Source of the DNA: an uncultured bacterium
Lineage (GTDB): Bacteria; Fidelibacterota; Marinisomatia; Marinisomatales; UBA1611
DNA length: 64,000 nt
NCBI GenBank assembly: GCA_943788175.1
Contig: CALSPG010000005.1
Span: 320,001-384,000, forward strand
Direction: 5' to 3'
Shown here: piece by piece, positions 37,739 through 49,562 of the stretch
Position numbering within the stretch: the stretch's first letter is position 1
Layout of the letters: every line of letters begins with the position of its first letter
Position numbers and translations under genes: made by a program
The notes under the pieces: generated by a model
The model's input: the letters and a program-made list of their open reading frames with translations, nothing else
Databases searched by the model: none
What the model was told of the DNA's origin: nothing

Positions 37739-39634
37739 TTATATACTTAAAGTTTTGATTGATTTTTTGGTTATTGTATAAAAAATAGTTCGTGTAACAT
37801 AAACAGCAGTAAACATACTTATTAATATCCCCCAGAAAAGTACCGTAGCAAATCCTTTAATGGGACCAGTTCCGAATTGGTATAATACTAATGAAGCAAT
37901 AACAGTAGTTAAGTTTGCATCAATTATAGTTGTAATAGCTCTATTATATCCCGCTTCTATAGCTGACTTAGGTGTCTTACCTTTGCGTAGTTCTTCGCGT
38001 ATTCTTTCAAAAATAATAACATTAGAATCAATGCACATTCCTACTGTAAGGATTAATCCTGCAATGCCAGGTAAAGTTAATGTCGCGCCTAATGATGCTA
38101 ATACAGCTAAAATAAGAACAATATTCCAAATCAATGCGAAATTTGCAATCGCCCCTGCCGCTCTATAGTAAATGAGCATAAAAATAAAAACGACTCCAAG
38201 GCCAATGAGAATAGATTTTTGACCTCTAGCAATAGAGTCTGCTCCTAGACTTGGGCCGACAGTTCTTTCTTCAATAATGTTGACGGGTGCTGGCAGAGCA
38301 CCAGCTCTTAAAATAATTGCTATATCCTTAGCTTCATTTATGTCAGCAAACCCTTCAATTTGAGTTCTCCCTCCAGGGATTTTTTCTCTAATGTTTGGAG
38401 CCATATGAACTTTGTTATCAAGTACTATGGCAATGCGCTGTCCAATATTTGCACCTGTTACTCTGGACCAAGTTTTTGAACCTTCACTATTCATATCGAG
38501 TGATACTACAGGTAAACCTGCGCTTCCGCCACCAAGACTACCCAAGTTTGCCTTTGCTTTTTCCACAACACCGCCAGTTAGTTCTGGAACAGTTTCTAAG
38601 TAATAAAGTCTGAAATATTCTCCTGAGGCTCCTAGCGATTCAGAGTCATTACCAAAAACAAACTGTCCTGAAGATGATTTAAGCTTTAGTTTGGCTGTCT
38701 CTTCAGATAATAACTTTTTTAAAGCGTAAACATTTTTTGATTTCACAACCAGATCGCCTTGAACAAATTCTATTAATGACTGCAACGGTGAATCAAGTGA
38801 AAGGTCAGATTCTCCGCCCAAATTGTCAGAGTTAGAGTCAGTTGTTTCTCCAAAAATCTCATCAACTGTTGTAACATTGTTTTCTGATTGGTTGGAGTCC
38901 TTGGTTGGCTTTTTGTCAAGTTTAGATTCAGAGATAAGTATCTCTAATTCTTCTTCGCTAACTGACTTTTTCAAAATATTGTCTAGCTGAGAAATTATTT
39001 CATTTGTAGAAGCAATGTTTTTAACTAAATAAAATTCAAGTAAAGCGGTACTCTGTAACAGTGCTCTAGCTCTTTCAGAATCTTGAATACCCGCCAGTTC
39101 AACTAAAATTCTATATTTACCTTGCTTTTGGATTGTAGGTTCAGAAACACCAAACTGATCTATTCTGTTTTGTAATATTTCTAATACTCTGTTAATTGAA
39201 TCTTCTGTCTCATCTTCAATTGCTGCAATGATATCTTCGAGGTTGGAACCATATTCATGATAATACCGGACCACCTTAATATCACTATTGGCAATTTTTT
39301 CACGAAAAATATTAAAAAAGTTTTCTCCCCTATTTAATTTAAACTCATTTGTTATTTCTTCAATTAGGTTATCAAATTTTTCATTACGATTTGAAGCAAG
39401 ACTTTTAACTAATGTGGGAATATCTGTTTCTAATAGAATATACATGCCGCCTTTAAGGTCAAGTCCTTGACGTATGATACGAGATTCTATTTGAGCTAAG
39501 TTTCCTTGCTCTCTTAACAACTCTTTTTCTTCTGCATCTAAATTTTGGTATTTTATAGATGGCCATAGAGAGTAAAAAGACCAGCCAAGAAGGACCATGA
39601 TGACTATGTATCTGGGTGTTAAACTATTTTTCAA
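37739..39634 (-). CDS. secD: Protein translocase subunit SecD
   Basis: GLDLKGG, RIDQFGVSEP, GPSLG, D.NVIIFERIREE. Confidence 0.96.
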   Translation of the reverse strand: MKNSLTPRYIVIMVLLGWSFYSLWPSIKYQNLDAEEKELLREQGNLAQIESRIIRQGLDLKGGMYILLETDIPTLVKSLASNRNEKFDNLIEEITNEFKLNRGENFFNIFREKIANSDIKVVRYYHEYGSNLEDIIAAIEDETEDSINRVLEILQNRIDQFGVSEPTIQKQGKYRILVELAGIQDSERARALLQSTALLEFYLVKNIASTNEIISQLDNILKKSVSEEELEILISESKLDKKPTKDSNQSENNVTTVDEIFGETTDSNSDNLGGESDLSLDSPLQSLIEFVQGDLVVKSKNVYALKKLLSEETAKLKLKSSSGQFVFGNDSESLGASGEYFRLYYLETVPELTGGVVEKAKANLGSLGGGSAGLPVVSLDMNSEGSKTWSRVTGANIGQRIAIVLDNKVHMAPNIREKIPGGRTQIEGFADINEAKDIAIILRAGALPAPVNIIEERTVGPSLGADSIARGQKSILIGLGVVFIFMLIYYRAAGAIANFALIWNIVLILAVLASLGATLTLPGIAGLILTVGMCIDSNVIIFERIREELRKGKTPKSAIEAGYNRAITTIIDANLTTVIASLVLYQFGTGPIKGFATVLFWGILISMFTAVYVTRTIFYTITKKSIKTLSI

Positions 39635-39796
39635 TTTTTATCTATATTTGTTTAAATGTTGATTTAAGAGCGGAAATTTAACTTTGGACAAGGCTTAGAG
39701 CAACATAACATATTCATTTTTATTTAGCGGTATACTTTCTTAAATACATTTTTTTGCAAATTAATAAGAATTAATTTAGACGCTATCTATTTAATC

Positions 39797-40561
39797 ATGG
39801 GAAAAGTTTTATCATTTATAAATCAAAAAGGTGGAGTTGGAAAAACAACTTCGGCTGTCAATGTTGGGCTTAGTCTAGCTGTATCAGAAATAAAAACGCT
39901 GATAGTAGATTTAGACCCTCAAGCAAATGCTACGATTGGTTTATCTGATTTAACTAAAAAATCAGATAAAAACATTTATGATGTTTTGATAAATGAAACT
40001 GATATTACTGATGCAATTGTAAAAACGACATTTCCTTGCTTAGATGTTGTGCCCTCTACAAATGATTTAGTTGGCGCTGAGATAGAACTGGTAAATATTA
40101 TGGCTAGGGAGTATCAATTAAAAACAGCGTTAAAAAAAATTGTACGTAAATATGATGTCATAATTTTAGACTGTCCCCCATCCCTGGGGTTGTTAACTAT
40201 TAATGCTTTGACCTCCTCTCATGCTATTATTATTCCAATACAGTGTGAGTACTATGCCTTAGAGGGATTAAGTCAACTTTTAAACACCTTTAGATTAGTA
40301 CAGCGACACCTAAATAAAAAACTTGTAATCGGTGGTGTTTTAATGACAATGTATGATAGTAGATTGAATTTGTCTAAACAAGTAGTTCAAGAAGTTAAAA
40401 GCTATTTTAAAGAAAAATTATTTAAAACATTAATTTACCGTAATGTAAAATTAAGTGAAGCGCCCAGTTTTGGAAAGCCTGCGTTACTTTATGACGCGAG
40501 CTCAAATGGAGCAAAAAACTATCTAAGTCTTACAGAGGAGATATTACAGCGTGTCATCTAA
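39797..40561 (+). CDS. parA: Chromosome partitioning ATPase
   Basis: NQKGGVGKTT, DLDPQAN, DCPPSLG, EAPSFG. Confidence 0.95.
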   Translation: MGKVLSFINQKGGVGKTTSAVNVGLSLAVSEIKTLIVDLDPQANATIGLSDLTKKSDKNIYDVLINETDITDAIVKTTFPCLDVVPSTNDLVGAEIELVNIMAREYQLKTALKKIVRKYDVIILDCPPSLGLLTINALTSSHAIIIPIQCEYYALEGLSQLLNTFRLVQRHLNKKLVIGGVLMTMYDSRLNLSKQVVQEVKSYFKEKLFKTLIYRNVKLSEAPSFGKPALLYDASSNGAKNYLSLTEEILQRVI

Positions 40562-41408
40562 AAGATTAGGAAAAGGTATTAATGCAATAATTAATACGAA
40601 CTCTAAAAAAGGTGAAAAAACCATCAGTGCACCAGGTGTAAGTAAAATACAACTAAAAGATATTAAGCCAAATCCTGACCAACCAAGACGAGACTTTAAT
40701 GAAAAGTCTTTAGATGAATTATGCTCTTCTATTAAAGAGAAAGGTATTATCACCCCGATTACAGTTAGAGAGCATGCCGGGACTTATGAAATCATTGCTG
40801 GAGAAAGAAGGTGGCGAGCAGCAAAAAAGGCAAAGCTTCGCTCTGTTCCTGCGTATGTTATTAATATTAAAAATGCGTCTGAAATGATGGAAGTTGCTCT
40901 CATTGAAAACATTCAAAGAGAGAATTTAAACCCTATTGAAGAAGCTGAAGGTTATGCGATTTTGAATAGTCAGCATAATTTATCCCATGATGACATCGCT
41001 AAAACAATTGGTAAAAAGCGAACTACTGTTTCTAATGCTCTTCGCCTACTTAAGCTCCCGCCAGAAATTCGTAAAAGCATACGGAATGGAAAGATTTCTG
41101 CTGGCCATGGTAGGGCTATACTTCAGAAAAAATCTGTTCCAGCTATGGAAAATTTATGGAAAAAAATTATTAATGATTCGTTAAGTGTTAGAGCAGCTGA
41201 AGCACTTGTAAAACCTAAGCTTAAAACAAGAGTTGTAAAAAAAATAAAAATTCATAAGGCTCCTGCTCGCGCAATTGAAAATCAGTTGGTCGAGATTTTT
41301 GGAACAAAAGTAAAATTGAAGCCCGCTCAGGTTGGAGGGTCGATAGAAATAACCTACTTTTCAGATGATGATTTGGAGAGAATTATTGATCTTCTTCAGT
41401 CACTATAA
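40551..41408 (+). CDS. parB: Chromosome partitioning protein
   Basis: LGKG, PNPDQPR, IAGERRWRA, ENIQRENL, HTH. Confidence 0.95.
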   Translation: MSSKRLGKGINAIINTNSKKGEKTISAPGVSKIQLKDIKPNPDQPRRDFNEKSLDELCSSIKEKGIITPITVREHAGTYEIIAGERRWRAAKKAKLRSVPAYVINIKNASEMMEVALIENIQRENLNPIEEAEGYAILNSQHNLSHDDIAKTIGKKRTTVSNALRLLKLPPEIRKSIRNGKISAGHGRAILQKKSVPAMENLWKKIINDSLSVRAAEALVKPKLKTRVVKKIKIHKAPARAIENQLVEIFGTKVKLKPAQVGGSIEITYFSDDDLERIIDLLQSL

Positions 41409-41413
41409 TTTTT

Positions 41414-42193
41414 ATGGCTAAAAAATTCACTCTTGTTGTTATACCTGACGATGATTCTGAAACAAGGTCCTATAGCTTCAACAAGTTTTTTTTAAACTTT
41501 TCATTAGTTGTATTAGTTGTATTCTTTTTCACGAGTGCATTAATATTATTCTTTTCTATTCCGCGAATTGCTAATTATGAAGAATTAGATAATAAATATA
41601 GCGTTTTAGTAAATGAACGAATGAAAGTTCTTAAACTAGCAGAGAACTTGGAACGATTAAACCAAATGGATGAATTTGTTAGAAATTCTTTGGGCTCAGA
41701 GTTTAATTTTTCTGAAAAACCTGAAATTATTGATAGTGTCTTAATGATCATCCCTGATGACCAGTTAATTTCTTTCTCTGATAATATTCCATCTGTTATT
41801 CCGATAGAAGGGTTTGTAAGCAAGCGGATGGAAGGTGCTTTTTCAAATGTTGATAACTTGCATGGTGGAATTGATATAGTTGCAAAGCAAGGAACTCCTA
41901 TTAAATCTACTTCTGCTGGTGTGGTAGTTTTTTCAGGTTGGACTTATAAAATGGGAAATCTAATAATAATTTACCATGGCGATGATTACTTAACTCATTA
42001 TGGGCATAACCAACAAAACATCGTTTCAAGGCTTGATATGGTCAAAAAAGGAGATGTGATAGGATTAGTCGGTAATACAGGCATTTCATCTGGGCCTCAT
42101 TTGCATTTCGAAATTTGGAAAGGCGGAAGGTCGATTGACCCGCTGATATATTTTCCAGAATTGATTAAAAAAGACTTAACTTTAAAAAAGTGA
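41414..42193 (+). CDS. M23 family peptidase
   Basis: HGGID, YGH, GPHLHFE; N-terminal TM. Confidence 0.92.
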   Translation: MAKKFTLVVIPDDDSETRSYSFNKFFLNFSLVVLVVFFFTSALILFFSIPRIANYEELDNKYSVLVNERMKVLKLAENLERLNQMDEFVRNSLGSEFNFSEKPEIIDSVLMIIPDDQLISFSDNIPSVIPIEGFVSKRMEGAFSNVDNLHGGIDIVAKQGTPIKSTSAGVVVFSGWTYKMGNLIIIYHGDDYLTHYGHNQQNIVSRLDMVKKGDVIGLVGNTGISSGPHLHFEIWKGGRSIDPLIYFPELIKKDLTLKK

Positions 42194-42564
42194 TGATTAA
42201 ATCTAAATTTAAAAATGTTCACACGATGATAGGTCCGGATGCCGTACTAAAAGGCTCTATTAAGCTTGAGCAAGGATTAATTGTTTATGGACAAGTATTT
42301 GGGGACGTTCAAACTAGAGGATCTATTAGAATAGCTCGTGGGGCAATGGTTGACGGCAATGTAACAGGCGCCAGTATTGTGCTTGGTGGGAAAGTTGTAG
42401 GACATTTGAAATCTGAGGGATCTGTTATATTAAAAAAAACAAGCGAGTTAAAAGGGAATATTAGTTACAGAAAATTGCATATTGAAGATGGCGCTCAATT
42501 TGAGGGGCAATGCGACTTGGTCTTGGATTCTTCAGGCCCATCAACACCGAACAAAGTGGTTTAA
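42190..42564 (+). CDS. Bactofilin
   Basis: Beta-helix pattern, L.IEDGAQFEG.C. Confidence 0.9.
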   Translation: MMIKSKFKNVHTMIGPDAVLKGSIKLEQGLIVYGQVFGDVQTRGSIRIARGAMVDGNVTGASIVLGGKVVGHLKSEGSVILKKTSELKGNISYRKLHIEDGAQFEGQCDLVLDSSGPSTPNKVV

Positions 42565-42591
42565 AATAAGAGTTTATTAAAAAAACTTATT

Positions 42592-42807
42592 TTGAATTTT
42601 TTTCAAAAAGTTTTGCAAAAAGCTGTTCCAGTTATGTCTGCAGTTCATTCTTTGTTTTCTTACGTTATTATTTTATCAATCTTTGGGTATTTTTTAGATA
42701 ATAGTTTTAATACGTTTCCACTGCTGTTTTTAATTGCTCTTTTCATGGGCTTAATAATCGGTTTTTATCAATTATCACGAGCAACAAATTTTAAAAAAAA
42801 GAGTTGA
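42592..42807 (+). CDS. AtpZ/AtpI-family protein
   Basis: GYFLD..F.T.P motif, directly upstream of the atp genes. Confidence 0.75.
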   Translation: MNFFQKVLQKAVPVMSAVHSLFSYVIILSIFGYFLDNSFNTFPLLFLIALFMGLIIGFYQLSRATNFKKKS

Positions 42808-43014
42808 TATCACTTATTTGGTTGTCTGTCAAGATTGTTATAATTCTCAGTTTTATGATAAGGCATAGCACATTATTTAAAAAAGTATTTAAATAATCAA
42901 TGATATTTATTTTAAACCCACAGCTTTTATGCTTACCTTTGCGACCTTAAATGTAGTATTTATTTAGTCTTTAACTATAAAACTAATAATTAACGATTAC
43001 GGATTTATATTAAA

Positions 43015-43932
43015 ATGGTAGCTGCCAACTCCAGTCATAGTAATCAGACTGTCCTAGAACAGGTTGGTCCTAATATTATCCATCATGTTTCTAATTCAGA
43101 TATAACTCACCCAATAATACAGTTGCCTTCATTTTTTGGTATTGATTTTTCAGTTACGAAACATGTTCTAATGTTATGGCTTGTAGCGTTTATAGTTTCA
43201 ATCGTAGTGATTCTGCCAATAAGAAAATATTTATCTAGTAATGGTAAAAAGAAGTCTAATTGGGTTTCTCTAATAGAGTATATAGTTGAGTTTGTGAAAG
43301 ATACAATTGCTGCGCCAAATGTTGGTCCTAATTGGGTCATGACATGGACGCCTCTTTTTTTAACATTTTTCTTTTTTATTCTTTTTGCAAACGGTATCGG
43401 CATGATTCCAATATTTGATACCATAGGTTTACTAGATAGGTTCCTTTTAAAGACTGATTCGCATTCAACAATTAATAATTTGCTTCATGGCGGTGTAACG
43501 GCAACTGGAAACTTTAATGTAACAGCTGGCCTTGCGGCAGTCACTTTTTTCTCTATCATAATCGCAGGTGTCAAAAAACATGGTTTTATCAAGCATTGGG
43601 CAAATCTTGTCCCTCATGGCTTAGCTTGGCCAGTATATATTATTTTGATTCCGATTGAACTAATGGGGCTCTTTGTAAAACCATTTGCTCTAACCATGAG
43701 ACTTGCAGCAAATATGACAGGAGGGCATATTGCAATATTAGCTCTTTTATCGCTTATGGCTATAATTGGAGAAATGTTTTCAGCCGCGGCCGGAATAGGT
43801 GTAGCATTTGTATCTATACCAATGGCTGCTGCAATATCAGGTTTGGAAATTATAGTAGTGCTTGTTCAAGCATATGTTTTTACTTTATTATCGGCTGTGT
43901 TTGTTGGCATGGCTATCAATGTACATCATTAA
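43015..43932 (+). CDS. atpB: ATP synthase F0 subunit a
   Basis: KPFALTMRLAANMTGGH, QAYVFTLL. Confidence 0.96.
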   Translation: MVAANSSHSNQTVLEQVGPNIIHHVSNSDITHPIIQLPSFFGIDFSVTKHVLMLWLVAFIVSIVVILPIRKYLSSNGKKKSNWVSLIEYIVEFVKDTIAAPNVGPNWVMTWTPLFLTFFFFILFANGIGMIPIFDTIGLLDRFLLKTDSHSTINNLLHGGVTATGNFNVTAGLAAVTFFSIIIAGVKKHGFIKHWANLVPHGLAWPVYIILIPIELMGLFVKPFALTMRLAANMTGGHIAILALLSLMAIIGEMFSAAAGIGVAFVSIPMAAAISGLEIIVVLVQAYVFTLLSAVFVGMAINVHH

Positions 43933-43956
43933 CAAAATAAAAAAAGGAAGTATATA

Positions 43957-44172
43957 ATGGATGGAACTTTATTAGTACCTATTGGATTAGGAATAGTTGT
44001 AATAGGCGCAGCGCTTGGAATATCAAAATTTGCAGCAGCAGCAGCAGAAGCTATTGCTCGGCAGCCTGAAGCTGCTGATAAGATTAGTGGGGTAGTTCAA
44101 TTGCCGCTTTTCTTATTAGAGGGTGTGGCTATTCTTGCTGAAGTATTCATATTCTTAATGCTGATTCTGTAA
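43957..44172 (+). CDS. atpE: ATP synthase F0 subunit c
   Basis: ARQPE loop, conserved Glu in LLEGV. Confidence 0.93.
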   Translation: MDGTLLVPIGLGIVVIGAALGISKFAAAAAEAIARQPEAADKISGVVQLPLFLLEGVAILAEVFIFLMLIL

Positions 44173-44175
44173 ACG

Positions 44176-44751
44176 ATGAATCAATATTGGACTATTCCAG
44201 GGGATAATGCGCTCCATGAGTCAACTGGTACTCATGGAGCACAATCTGAGCAAAATCCTTTAGTCAAATTAGATCCGGGTCTTTTTATTTGGACGGTTTT
44301 AACATTTGTTTTATTGCTCACTGTTTTAGCCAAATTTGCTTGGAAACCTTTACTCTTAATGCTTGATGAGAGGAATAAGAGTATTGAAGAATCACTCCTA
44401 TCCGCTGAAAAAGCTAGAAAGGAGCTCGAAAACATAAATCAAGAGTCTGAATCAATTTTAATGAAAGCAAGAACAGAGGCTCAGTCTATTGTTGGGGAAG
44501 CAAAATCAGCTGCTGATAATATGAAAGAGGATATTGTCTCGAAAGCAAGGTCTGAAGCAGAGGGTCAACTTGAAAAAGCAAAAATACAAATTAATGTTGA
44601 AAAAGATAAAGCTATGGCTGAAATCCGTGAAGAGGTTGTGAACCTCTCTATTCATGTTGCAGAAAAAATAATTAAAAAAAACATATCAAAAGAAGACAAT
44701 GTTGAATTAATTAAAAAGTCCTTAGATAGTATGGAAGGTTATGAAGCATAA
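44176..44751 (+). CDS. atpF: ATP synthase F0 subunit b
   Basis: TM + KFAWKP + coiled coil. Confidence 0.93.
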   Translation: MNQYWTIPGDNALHESTGTHGAQSEQNPLVKLDPGLFIWTVLTFVLLLTVLAKFAWKPLLLMLDERNKSIEESLLSAEKARKELENINQESESILMKARTEAQSIVGEAKSAADNMKEDIVSKARSEAEGQLEKAKIQINVEKDKAMAEIREEVVNLSIHVAEKIIKKNISKEDNVELIKKSLDSMEGYEA

Positions 44752-45280
44752 GTTTTCCGCAAAAAGGTTAGCAGATGTTCTTTTCGAATCTGCAAAATCC
44801 AACGGCAGTCTTGATTCGGCAAGGGATTCGATTACTGAGTTTGATAGAATTTTAAGAATAAATAATGACTTAAAAAGTTTTGTTCAATCAAAAAGGTTCT
44901 CTCAAACTGAAAAACAAGCAATATTAATTGATTCTTTAGGAGTTTCTTTTAATGGGCTTGTATTGGGCGTTGTGTCTTATGTCGATGGCATGTTAGCCCA
45001 TAGAACTATTAATCAAATCAAAAAATCGTTTGTAGAAAAGTATAAACATGCCAAAAATATAGTTTCTGTTCATGCAATTTTTAGTGATCGAATCGGCGTT
45101 GACGATTTGAAGTTCATGGAAAAAAAAATAGGCAATCTCTTAAAAAAAGAAACAGAATTAACTACTGAAGTTGATGAGTCTTTGATTGGTGGCGCTAAAT
45201 TTAGAATTGAAAACACATTTTTAGACGCATCTATTAAAAGCCAATTGAAAAATATTAAATCAGATTTAATGAAAATATAA
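44741..45280 (+). CDS. atpH: ATP synthase F1 delta
   Basis: VDESLIGG, DASI; operon position. Confidence 0.9.
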   Translation: MKHKFSAKRLADVLFESAKSNGSLDSARDSITEFDRILRINNDLKSFVQSKRFSQTEKQAILIDSLGVSFNGLVLGVVSYVDGMLAHRTINQIKKSFVEKYKHAKNIVSVHAIFSDRIGVDDLKFMEKKIGNLLKKETELTTEVDESLIGGAKFRIENTFLDASIKSQLKNIKSDLMKI

Positions 45281-45291
45281 GTTAGGAAATT

Positions 45292-46816
45292 ATGGAAATT
45301 AAAACAGATCAAATAACAGAGTTGCTCAAAAAGCAATTAGAAAAATATGATAATGATATTGATGTCTCTGAAGTTGGTGAAATTATAGAGGTTGGAGACG
45401 GGGGTAGCAAGGGCTTCAGGCCTAGAAAACGTAATGAGTTCAGAATTGGTTGAGCTTCCCAATGGCGTTTTTGGTATGGCACTGAACCTTGAAGAGGACA
45501 ATGTCGGACTTGTTTTATTTGGAGATACTAGATTAGTCAAAGAAGGTGATATCGCAAAAAGAACTGGGAAAGTTGTTGAAGTACCGGTTGGTAAAGAAAT
45601 GCTTGGTAGAATAGTTAACCCTCTAGGTCAACCTATTGATGGTAAAGGGCCTATTAACACGAGTGAGTCATTACCTGTTGAGCGAAAAGCGCTCGGAGTT
45701 ATGGCAAGAAGTCCTGTGAATCAACCATTACAGACTGGGATCAAAGCAATCGATAGTATGGTTCCAATTGGAAGAGGGCAGCGAGAACTAATCATTGGAG
45801 ATAGGCAGACAGGTAAAACTGCTGTTGCTATTGATGCTATTATTAATCAAAAACATTCTCATTCGACTGATGCACCAGTTTATTGTGTTTATGTAGCGAT
45901 TGGACAGAAGGCATCAACTGTTGCTAGTTTGGTTTCAGAACTTGAAGCACAGGGTGCAATGGAATACACTGTTGTAGTGGCTGCTAATGCTTCTGATCCT
46001 GCGCCTATGCAGTATATTGCGCCTTATGCCGGTTGTTCTATGGGAGAATATTTTAGGGATAAAGGACAACATGCCCTGATTGTTTATGATGACTTATCTA
46101 AACAAGCGGTTGCATATAGACAGATGTCATTGGTTTTAAGAAGGCCTCCTGGAAGAGAAGCTTTTCCAGGTGATGTTTTCTATTTGCATAGCCGCCTTTT
46201 AGAGAGGGCCTCTAAATTGTCAGAAGATCTCGGCGGTGGTTCTCTAACAGCTCTTCCGATAATTGAAACGCAAGAAGGTGATGTTTCAGCATATATTCCA
46301 ACAAATGTTATTTCAATTACAGATGGTCAGATTTTTCTAGAAACAAATTTATTTAATTCAGGAATTCGTCCAGCTATTGATGTGGGTCTATCTGTATCAC
46401 GTGTAGGTGGTAATGCTCAAATTAAAGCAATGAAGAAGGTTGCTGGTACTTTAAGACTTGACTTAGCTCAATTTAGAGAACTAGAAGCTTTTGCTAAATT
46501 TGGATCAGATCTAGATAAATCTACTCTATCGCAACTGGCAAGAGGTGAAAGAATGGTCGAAATTCTGAAGCAAAACCAGTACGTGCCTATGACTGTTGAG
46601 AGGCAAATAGCTATCATATTTGCTGCTTCAAAAGGACATCTTGATGATATTGCGATAGAGCAAGTAGCTAATTTTGAAAGCAGTCTTTTTGACTACCTTG
46701 ATGCAAATGCGGCTGCACAGCTTAAAGCAATAAGTGACGCTGGTGATCTTAATGACGAGCAAGGTAAAGATCTCGAAAAAGTTATTATTGATTTTAAAAA
46801 TAGTTTCATATCATAA
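45292..46816 (+). CDS. atpA: ATP synthase F1 alpha; extra G in run 45400-45404, likely a sequencing error
   Basis: MEIKTDQIT...EVGDG then shifted [25 protein letters not shown]. Confidence 0.96.
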
Positions 46817-46819
46817 TTA

Positions 46820-47674
46820 GTGGCTAGTCTAAAAGACATCCGGGACAGAATAAAATCTGTCAAAAGTATCCAAAAAGTTACCAGTGCTATGAAGATGGTT
46901 GCTGCTGCAAAAGTTCGGAAAGCACAAGAGAAAATGGAGCAGGCTAGGCCTTATACATATGCTCTGGAAGAGACGATAAATCATATCTTGCCAGATGTTA
47001 GTAGAGGGGATTTGGATTTATTAAATGTCCGGGAAATTAGACGAAAAGCATATGTCATTGTTTCGGCTGATAGAGGACTAGCTGGTGGATTTAATTCTAA
47101 CATAATAAAAGTTGCTGAAAAAGAAATTGCAGAATTCGGAAAAGAAAATGTAGACTTGTTCTGTATTGGAAAGAAAGCTAGAGATCATTTTAAAAGAAGA
47201 GACTATAATATTATAGAAAGCCATATTGATTTTTGGAGCGAACTAAATTTCGATAATGCTATGATGATTGGTAGAAGTGCTATTGAGCATTTCACAAGTG
47301 GTAAGGTTGATGAAATACACGTTATCTATAATTATTTTGTAAATATGGCTCAACAAGAAATAAAGTCAGAAGTATTACTTCCTCTATCTTATCACGATGA
47401 GGGTTTTGAAGAAAAAGACAGATTATATGAACCATCGAAAGAGGTATTAGTCAGTTCATTAGTACCTAGGCATTTGAATATCCAAATATGGAAGTATCTC
47501 CTTGAGTCATATGCAAGTGAGCAAGCAGCCAGAATGATGGCGATGGAGAATGCAACAACAAATGCAGGGGATATGATAAAAAGTTTAACATTGGAGTTTA
47601 ATAAGGCAAGGCAAGCGGCTATCACAACAGAAATGCTTGAAATAGTCAGTGGTGCTGAAGCTTTAAAAGAGTAA
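46820..47674 (+). CDS. atpG: ATP synthase F1 gamma
   Basis: AMKMVAAAK, DRGLAG, RQAAITTE. Confidence 0.97.
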   Translation: MASLKDIRDRIKSVKSIQKVTSAMKMVAAAKVRKAQEKMEQARPYTYALEETINHILPDVSRGDLDLLNVREIRRKAYVIVSADRGLAGGFNSNIIKVAEKEIAEFGKENVDLFCIGKKARDHFKRRDYNIIESHIDFWSELNFDNAMMIGRSAIEHFTSGKVDEIHVIYNYFVNMAQQEIKSEVLLPLSYHDEGFEEKDRLYEPSKEVLVSSLVPRHLNIQIWKYLLESYASEQAARMMAMENATTNAGDMIKSLTLEFNKARQAAITTEMLEIVSGAEALKE

Positions 47675-49092
<1,418 letters not shown>

Positions 49093-49093
<1 letters not shown>

Positions 49094-49491
49094 TGGACTC
49101 TTTTGTTGTTGAAATTGTAACGCCTATTAGGGTTGTTAATCAAGAAAATGTAAAGTATTTAAGGTGCCCTGGCATTGATGGGTCCTTTGGTGTGATGAAA
49201 AACCATAGAAACGGTGTCATTGCTCTTGATGTTGGAGAAATTAAAGTTGAGACTAAAGATGATGTTGAATGGTACGCTACTAGTGGTGGCTTTGTTGAGA
49301 TTTTGGATAATAAAGTTGAATTATTATTAGAATCAGTCGAGCGATCTAACGAGATAGATGTTAAAAGAGCTTCTGGCGCTCTGGAAAGAGCAAGCCAGAG
49401 AAAAAAAAATACCAAAGAGCCTATTGACAATATGCGTTTAGAGGCATCACTATTAAGAGCAGTGAATAGGCTGAGAGTATCCAAAAAATAA
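49093..49491 (+). CDS. atpC: ATP synthase F1 epsilon
   Basis: IVTP, G.FGV..NH, SGGFVE. Confidence 0.93.
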
Positions 49492-49562
49492 TCTTAATTG
49501 AATTCACCTGTAAATCCTCTTTTTATTTTTAATGCATTTTCTTTTTACTTTATATTCTTATA

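Noticed and set aside
39635-39796. Arrest-peptide uORF upstream of secDF
   Set aside because: Short divergent intergenic region; I saw no RAPP-like ORF
39635-43014. parS site or oriC near parAB
   Set aside because: No TGTTTCACGTGAAACA-like palindrome or DnaA-box cluster seen by eye
45292-45410. atpA pseudogene or programmed frameshift
   Set aside because: Single extra G in a homopolymer within an otherwise intact core operon; sequencing error is far more likely
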